From assembly GCA_031366795.1 (NCBI GenBank), contig JANLOX010000261.1, positions 1-31,795 on the forward strand: DNA of 31,795 bases, given 5' to 3'. Below, in pieces: positions 26,099-31,795 of the stretch. Each line of letters begins with the position of its first letter. The first letter of the stretch is position 1. The stretch comes from Candidatus Eiseniibacteriota bacterium. GTDB taxonomy: Bacteria; Eisenbacteria; RBG-16-71-46. A program made the translations under genes and the position numbers. The notes beneath the pieces are model-generated. The model saw nothing but the letters and a program-made list of their open reading frames with translations, was not told where the DNA came from and searched no databases.

Positions 26099-27481
26099 AT
26101 GTTCGCGAAGCGCTTGATCTGCTGGGTTTCGGCTGGAGTGGTGCTCGCCTGTAGCGCCGGGCTGGCCGACGCCTCGGAATTGCCGGATAGCGTGCTCGTA
26201 CGAATCGAGGGACGGCGTGACATTGTCCGGTCCTTTGCGCTGCGCCGCTGGGCGCAACGGCCCGCCGCAACTCCTTCCGATTCCATTACCCCGGCGCGGG
26301 TCTCGCAGTTTCTCGATCTTCTGGCCGACGAGGGCGTCATCACCGAGGCAGCCGTGCGCGAGGCCGCCCCGTGGAGCCCCGCGGACAGCGCCGAGGCACG
26401 AACGCTCAAGGACCGCGTGGTGATGGCCGTGGCGCTCGATTCCGTGCTTGAGGCCGCGCGTTCGCAAGCGCTGGCGCCCGCCGACAGCGCCGATCTGGCG
26501 GGAGCGCTGGGTGTGAGGGCGCGCGCCCAGACCGTCGAGCGCCTGAAACCCAGCTACGACGCCCCGGCGATCGAACGGCTAGCCAGCGCCTTCGCAGCGC
26601 TGCCCAAGCCCTCCCCCGATTCCACCCTGGCCGCCCAGCTGCGCGTGCTCGCGCGCCGCCCGCTGCTCACGCCCGGCGACTCGAGCCGCGTGCTCGCGCA
26701 CTCGAGCGTGGGCAATATCCTCGCGGGCGACATCGTGGCCGCGTGGGGGCGCTTGAGTATCGCGGTGCGGCCGCGCATCGACACGAGCGAGCAGGTCCGC
26801 GACATGATCGGCAACCAGTTGTTCGAGCGCATGCTACGCCACGCCGCCGCGAGCGGCCGCTTCGATCACGACCCGCAGGTGACGAGCACGATGGAGCAGT
26901 ATGCCGAACAACTGGCGCGCACCGCCTATCTCGAGCGCGAAGTGCTGCACGGGCTCGCTGCCGACTCGAGCGCCATCGCCGCCTACTGGACCGCGCACTC
27001 GAGCGAGTGGGCGCTGCCCCGACTCGTCCGCGGGATCAGGCTCGTGCTGACGGACCTGCCCGCGGCGATTCGCATGGGCGCGGCCCTCGCCAACGCCGCG
27101 CAGGCCGAGAGCCTCGCGACGCGCGCCGAGCGAGGGGGCGCCCACTACCGCTTCGCGGTGAGCGAGCACTCGGATTCCGCGCTGTTCCGCCGCGCCCTCG
27201 CCGCCGGTGCCAACACCGTCGTGGGCCCCGTCGCCGATGGTGGCAACTGGTGGATCGCCAGGGTCACCGAGCTCCAGCCGGCGCGCACACGCACTCGTGC
27301 CGAGGTGTACGACGAGGTGGCCGCCCAGTGGTACAGCCACGAAGCCGAGCGCCGCGTCGAGACACTGGCGGCCCGGTTGCGGCGCTCCACGCGCGTCGAG
27401 TCCAACCCCGCCGCTGCGCGGCAACTGGCCCGCGAGCTGCGCGATTCCACCCGCCCGAACGCATCTGCAAGCACTCCGTAG
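26099..27481 (+). CDS. Exported SurA/PrsA-like chaperone with degenerate parvulin domain
   Basis: GGAGG RBS, signal peptide, DSVLVRIEG, helical SurA-like core, VVGPV..GGNWWIARV, ending LRRSTRVE; resembles the next gene. Confidence 0.6.
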   Translation: MFAKRLICWVSAGVVLACSAGLADASELPDSVLVRIEGRRDIVRSFALRRWAQRPAATPSDSITPARVSQFLDLLADEGVITEAAVREAAPWSPADSAEARTLKDRVVMAVALDSVLEAARSQALAPADSADLAGALGVRARAQTVERLKPSYDAPAIERLASAFAALPKPSPDSTLAAQLRVLARRPLLTPGDSSRVLAHSSVGNILAGDIVAAWGRLSIAVRPRIDTSEQVRDMIGNQLFERMLRHAAASGRFDHDPQVTSTMEQYAEQLARTAYLEREVLHGLAADSSAIAAYWTAHSSEWALPRLVRGIRLVLTDLPAAIRMGAALANAAQAESLATRAERGGAHYRFAVSEHSDSALFRRALAAGANTVVGPVADGGNWWIARVTELQPARTRTRAEVYDEVAAQWYSHEAERRVETLAARLRRSTRVESNPAAARQLARELRDSTRPNASASTP

Positions 27482-27520
27482 AGGCCTCGTCATGTTGTTG
27501 TGGCGAATCGGCCCTGAATC

Positions 27521-27559
27521 TTGACGTCGCTTGCGGCACCCCCCTAACCTTAGAGGGGT
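27521..27559 (+). promoter_or_regulatory. Putative promoter with an overlapping palindrome
   Basis: TTGACG-18-TAACCT; near-perfect 22-bp inverted repeat 27538-27559 covers the -10. Confidence 0.5.
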
Positions 27560-27636
27560 ATGCACTGGGGCGCCCACGCTGAATGGCGCTCCCCGGCGCA
27601 ACGCTCCCTTAAAGCCGCCCTTTCGATGGAGAGTTC

Positions 27637-29394
27637 ATGAAGCGAATCCTCGCGGCCAGCACCTTAGGCCTGGCAGTGCTTGCCTGCCTTTGGCTCGCCC
27701 CCATCCTCTCAACTCCCGCGCGCGCCGCGCATGATGCATCGTTGGCCGATTCCGTCGTGCTGGCGCGGGTGGACAACCGCGTCATCCGGGTGGGGGACTT
27801 CCGCGACCGCTTCGTCAATTCGGACCCCACGAGCCGTCCCGGGCAGGACAGCCTGGGCCGCATCACATTTCTGCAGTCGATGGTCGACAAGGAGCTGATG
27901 GGACTGACGGCACAGGCGCTGAAGGTCCCCCTCGATCCCAACGACCGGCTGATGACGCAAGTGTATGAGTCAAGGCTGCTCGGTTTCCTGGCGTTCCAGA
28001 AGCGCGTTCGCGAACCGGTGGTCGTCACGGAGAAAGAGCTCCGCGACCTTTACACCGAACAGGCTTCAGAGTTACGGCTGCGCTATATGCTCTTCGCCGA
28101 CGAGGCCACCGCGGAGCTTGTGCACAGCCAATTGGTGCGCGGCAGGATCACCTGGCATGACGCCGCCACCCGCTACTCCAGCGGTCCCGATTCGCTCGTG
28201 GACGGTGATATGGGCTGGCGCGAACGCGGCGGGCTCAAGGACGCCCCCATGGTTGCGCTGTTCAAGCTTCGCCCGCCCGGCATCTCGGCCGTACTCCGGG
28301 ATTACGAGGGCTACAAGATCTGGCAGTGCCTGGGCCGGCGCCCCACCCAGGTGCCCCCATATACGGCAATGCGGCGGGCCCTGATGATGGACTTGCAAGG
28401 TTCCCGCGAGACCGTACTCGAGAGTGAATTCATGTCGGAATTATCCGCCATGGCCAAGCCTCACTACGATACGACGTCCGTGGTCTGGCTCGCAGAGAAA
28501 TTCAGGATCGCGAATGAGGGCATCGGGGCTCCCGGCAGCAGCACTGTGGATCTACGCAGCCGGGTTCCAATATTGAGCGAGGCCGACACCAATCGGGTGA
28601 TGGCCTGGACCGCCACGAACAAAATCACATGTGGTCACCTGATCACGGTCTACAAGGACATCCCACCGATCGGTCGGCAGCACATCGGCACACCCGCAGC
28701 TTTGTTCCACATGTTGCAGCGCATGGTGCTCGAACCATGGGTGATCCGCTACGCGAAGCAGCAGCAGCTTGATCGCGAGCCCGGCTATATCGAAACGGTG
28801 GAGCGCCACCGCGAAGGCCTTAGGGTGCAACATCTGTACGAGGACTCCGTGCAGGCAAGAATCGCTGTGACAGAGGCGATGCGCCGTGACTTCTACGCCG
28901 CGAACCAGCGCAGCTTTGTGACCCGTGAGCGCGTTCGATACGCGCTGATCCCGCGCATGACGGAAGCCGGGGTCGACTCGGTCATGTCGAGACTGAAGGC
29001 GGGCGAGACACCGCAGGCCATCCTGGCCCAGGACTCCACGATGGGGATGACGCGCGGCTCGATCCGTGAGGCGCTCGAAGGCCAGCCGCACACCTACCAC
29101 GCGCTGCTGTTCGAGGAATTGCGTCAGGGGGAATCAGGCAAGCAGTACCTGAGCATCGACAAGCTGTGGGTCGTCTTCCACATCATCAAGCACGAAGTGT
29201 CGCGACCGATTCCCTACGCCGAGGCGCGCGACATGGTAGACCAGTCGCTCGATGAAGTGGTGGCGGATAGGGTGCTCAATGAGTTTCTCGAGCGGCTAAG
29301 GGCAAAGCATCGGGTCGAGATGCATCCTGAGCTTACGAGAACGATTTCGCTGACGGAGAAGTCCAGCGACTTGGGCGTTCCCTCAGGCGAATAG
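27637..29394 (+). CDS. Exported SurA/PrsA-like parvulin-type PPIase/chaperone with two rotamase-like domains
   Basis: Signal peptide, VLARVDNRVI, LRYMLF...AATRYSSGP...GDMGW, ISAV....GYKI, LRAKHRVE. Confidence 0.78.
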   Translation: MKRILAASTLGLAVLACLWLAPILSTPARAAHDASLADSVVLARVDNRVIRVGDFRDRFVNSDPTSRPGQDSLGRITFLQSMVDKELMGLTAQALKVPLDPNDRLMTQVYESRLLGFLAFQKRVREPVVVTEKELRDLYTEQASELRLRYMLFADEATAELVHSQLVRGRITWHDAATRYSSGPDSLVDGDMGWRERGGLKDAPMVALFKLRPPGISAVLRDYEGYKIWQCLGRRPTQVPPYTAMRRALMMDLQGSRETVLESEFMSELSAMAKPHYDTTSVVWLAEKFRIANEGIGAPGSSTVDLRSRVPILSEADTNRVMAWTATNKITCGHLITVYKDIPPIGRQHIGTPAALFHMLQRMVLEPWVIRYAKQQQLDREPGYIETVERHREGLRVQHLYEDSVQARIAVTEAMRRDFYAANQRSFVTRERVRYALIPRMTEAGVDSVMSRLKAGETPQAILAQDSTMGMTRGSIREALEGQPHTYHALLFEELRQGESGKQYLSIDKLWVVFHIIKHEVSRPIPYAEARDMVDQSLDEVVADRVLNEFLERLRAKHRVEMHPELTRTISLTEKSSDLGVPSGE

Positions 29395-29453
29395 GGCGCG
29401 CGCCGGCATCGGATCGAGCGCTGACCTCTGCGGAACACGCTGCAGGCGCGAAA

Positions 29454-30248
29454 TCAGTCTCCCGAAGGGATTCCCGAAGGGGTGTCCACGCCTACCGGCA
29501 GGCTGCCGCGGCTGGGTGGCGCATGACGCGGCACCCAGGTTTCCATGGCCAAGCGTGTGCGGCGCGTGCCGATGCCCTGCCGCGGCGCATTCCAGGTGAC
29601 GGTACGCTCGGGCCCGATGCCGAATACGAGCGACTCGCTGCCCTTGCGGGACGAACGAACGCGACCGCCGATCCAGGAGATGCGCATGGGCAGGTTGCAC
29701 CCCGCGAGGTAGGCGCGCGCGCGCCGCAGCGTGACCCGCCCGAAGAAGTAGCACTCGTTCGGGTAGAGGTTGTAAACGTGGGCGAACGGCACGTCCGCCG
29801 ACAGGTCCAAACGGCCCCGGCCCCCGGCGTGGGTGTAGCCGACGCGGCCGCCCACCAGCACCTTCCACGGGGAGGAACAGATATCGCTGCTGAGCAGGTC
29901 GAAATCCACGGTCAGGTTGCCGGCATTGGCGCCTGCGCGGTCGAGGTTCCAGAACTGCCCCAATGTGTCCCCACGCTGTGGCTCGAACAGCAGCGTCCCC
30001 GTCATTCCCATCAGCGGCAATACGTTCCGCGGCGAGCGGATCGTCAGGTACAACGTGTCCGCGCCGGTCGTGTCCGAGCAAACGGCTGCGATGGCCTGGG
30101 TCGCGCGCGGATCGCCCCACGGCGCCCTCCAGGACATGAACAACTCCGGACGCTGGATCGCACTCGAAGGGTGCGTTTGGGCTGAGGCGACACCGGACGC
30201 CAGCACGATGCCGAGCAACAAGGATGAGAGCCGCGTAACGAGCGTCAT
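29454..30248 (-). CDS. Hypothetical secreted protein, distantly similar to the two upstream genes
   Basis: Start ATG 30248 gives a signal peptide (MTLVTRLSSLLLGIVLASGVASA); LFMSW..C..L..FW..C..W..Y...GC..P pattern. Confidence 0.7.
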   Translation of the reverse strand: MTLVTRLSSLLLGIVLASGVASAQTHPSSAIQRPELFMSWRAPWGDPRATQAIAAVCSDTTGADTLYLTIRSPRNVLPLMGMTGTLLFEPQRGDTLGQFWNLDRAGANAGNLTVDFDLLSSDICSSPWKVLVGGRVGYTHAGGRGRLDLSADVPFAHVYNLYPNECYFFGRVTLRRARAYLAGCNLPMRISWIGGRVRSSRKGSESLVFGIGPERTVTWNAPRQGIGTRRTRLAMETWVPRHAPPSRGSLPVGVDTPSGIPSGD

Positions 30249-30300
30249 GGTCAAGGACCCGATTGGGGAAATGAGCCGCGCGGCTAGCGCGCCCGGCCAG

Positions 30301-31080
30301 TCAGCGGTAGAGCATCTTGATGCGACCCCAGCTGACACGTGTCACTGGGACCGCGTCGCACGTCGCGGTCAGCGACTGCCATGTCGCGCGATTCGATTCG
30401 GGTGCGCTTGGAGTCTCGAGGATGACCTCGCCCGGCACGCTGCCCGGAATCCGAACCAATCGCACGGAATTCAGCAACAGGCACGCCGGGATTTCACACC
30501 CCGGGCAACCCGACCCCGGGTCCTTCTGGAACGTCAGGCGGGCCGCATAGTAACGAGTTCCTGCTGCCAGCGCACGCGGTGCGGACGACAACACCGCGAA
30601 CGAAGCCACGATCCGGGCCTGGTTGGCGGCGTTGTGCGGAGCGCCGGCTGAATACACCGGAGCCCCGGAGAAGGTCGCCCCGTTTTGCCAGAAATCCGCG
30701 CATGCCGACAGCCCCGGGAAGCTGGCGCTGGCGATCAGTTGGCCATCACGGCAGGCGCCCGGCGCGTATTGCCACCACGGCGGCAACGTCACGCCACTCC
30801 CCTGCACGTCGATCACCACCTCGATCGCGATGACGCTGTCCACCGGAGTGGCCAGCTCGAAGGACACGATCAGGTCCGCGCTGCCCGTCGCCTGGCAAGC
30901 CCCCATCATCGCCGGCTGGCTCAAGGCCGACAGCGGGCAGTCATTCCAGTTGAGCGACAGTCCGGGGGCCGCAATCGCACCGGCCGGCAACGCGAGCCAC
31001 AACGCACCCAGCAGCACAGCGGTGAGTGCGAAGGAACGCGGCGTCTTGTTGTGGCACCGGCCCCGCGGCCGTGGGCTCAC
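30301..31080 (-). CDS. Hypothetical secreted Cys-rich protein with C-terminal WGRIKMLYR tail
   Basis: Signal peptide, GLSLNWNDC, LPPWWQY...ACR, CADFW, CPGCEIPACL, tail VPVTRVSWGRIKMLYR; GTGA coupling to the upstream gene. Confidence 0.8.
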   Translation of the reverse strand: MSPRPRGRCHNKTPRSFALTAVLLGALWLALPAGAIAAPGLSLNWNDCPLSALSQPAMMGACQATGSADLIVSFELATPVDSVIAIEVVIDVQGSGVTLPPWWQYAPGACRDGQLIASASFPGLSACADFWQNGATFSGAPVYSAGAPHNAANQARIVASFAVLSSAPRALAAGTRYYAARLTFQKDPGSGCPGCEIPACLLLNSVRLVRIPGSVPGEVILETPSAPESNRATWQSLTATCDAVPVTRVSWGRIKMLYR

Positions 31081-31769
31081 TTGCGCAGCGAGTCGGGCGG
31101 TGCGATGGCCGGCAGCTGGCCCCCGTTGAACACCACGCTGTTGAGCATCTGCGACCCCGATTTAAGCACCGTGGTCGGTGCATTGCTGAGCGAGCCCGGG
31201 GTGAGGCTGTCGAGGGTGATGCTGACCGGCTGGGTACAGCCCGTGAGATTGCCGCCGCTCGATTCGGCTGAAGTGCTGGCATCCAGCGTCAATTGGAACG
31301 CGAAGATCTTCTGGCCCGCCTTCACGGCCAACGTACCCGCGCGATAGGCCGTGCAGGCAATGCGCACCATCCGCGGCCCGCGCACCGCCGCGCCCACGGC
31401 GAAGCCGGAGCCGGGCGGCAGGTAGGGATTCGTGTAGTCGGCGCAACCCGTTGCCGGCCGTCGCTGGGTGCCGCTTAAGACCGAGGCATTGGCCACTTCG
31501 AGATCCCAGAATGTCGCGGCTTCGTTGACCTCGCCGGCGGCGCGCAACGTCAGGATGCCATCGACCGCGGCGAAGTCCGCGATATCCTCGGCAGGCTGGA
31601 ACGAAGCGAGCAGGGTGACCGTTTCGCCGCCCGCGCAATCGAGGGTTCCCGCGTCGTTGCTGGCGCCCTCGCCGCCCGGGCAGGCCACAACCGTCAGGTC
31701 ACACCCCGCCGCGTAAGCATGCGCCGACAGCAGGGTCATCAAGGCACTCACGAACAATAGTTTTCGCAT
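31077..31769 (-). CDS. Hypothetical secreted Cys-containing protein
   Basis: GGGAG RBS, clear signal peptide (MRKLLFVSALMTLLSAHAYA), GCDL..C...C...L.ASF...FW...CADY...GC.QP pattern shared with 30301-31080. Confidence 0.78.
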   Translation of the reverse strand: MRKLLFVSALMTLLSAHAYAAGCDLTVVACPGGEGASNDAGTLDCAGGETVTLLASFQPAEDIADFAAVDGILTLRAAGEVNEAATFWDLEVANASVLSGTQRRPATGCADYTNPYLPPGSGFAVGAAVRGPRMVRIACTAYRAGTLAVKAGQKIFAFQLTLDASTSAESSGGNLTGCTQPVSITLDSLTPGSLSNAPTTVLKSGSQMLNSVVFNGGQLPAIAPPDSLRK

Positions 31770-31795
31770 GGGCTCCCACCGGCGCTGCAGGGTTT

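Overview
High-GC, densely coding bacterial window; the gene families suggest an FCB-group candidate phylum such as Ca. Eisenbacteria (inference). It has three blocks. (1) 1-6716 (-): a translationally coupled operon of TonB-dependent receptor, PorV-like barrel, NHL-repeat lipoprotein and a secreted FN3/CTD protein truncated at the window edge. (2) 6817-19358: a nucleoside-salvage neighbourhood (add, rpiB, udk, tdk, BMP-type ABC binding protein plus two permeases but no ATPase, an MBL hydrolase, two ComEA-like HhH paralogues), interspersed with degenerate M16-peptidase and glycogen-debranching homologues. (3) 19487-31769: a PorU-like C25 protein flanked by three PPIase/chaperone genes, then three Cys-containing secreted proteins, one ending in a WGxIKxLYR tail. 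The best leads are an RpiB with a microcompartment encapsulation-peptide-like N-terminus and an Asp in place of the catalytic Cys within a possible DNA-as-food module, a non-Bacteroidota T9SS-like sorting system with a candidate short C-terminal signal, a His-rich RSPP leader ORF coupled to a hairpin-occluded RBS, and apparently leaderless salvage genes. No rRNA, tRNA, CRISPR array or mobile element was seen. All calls come from reading motifs by eye; no searches were run.
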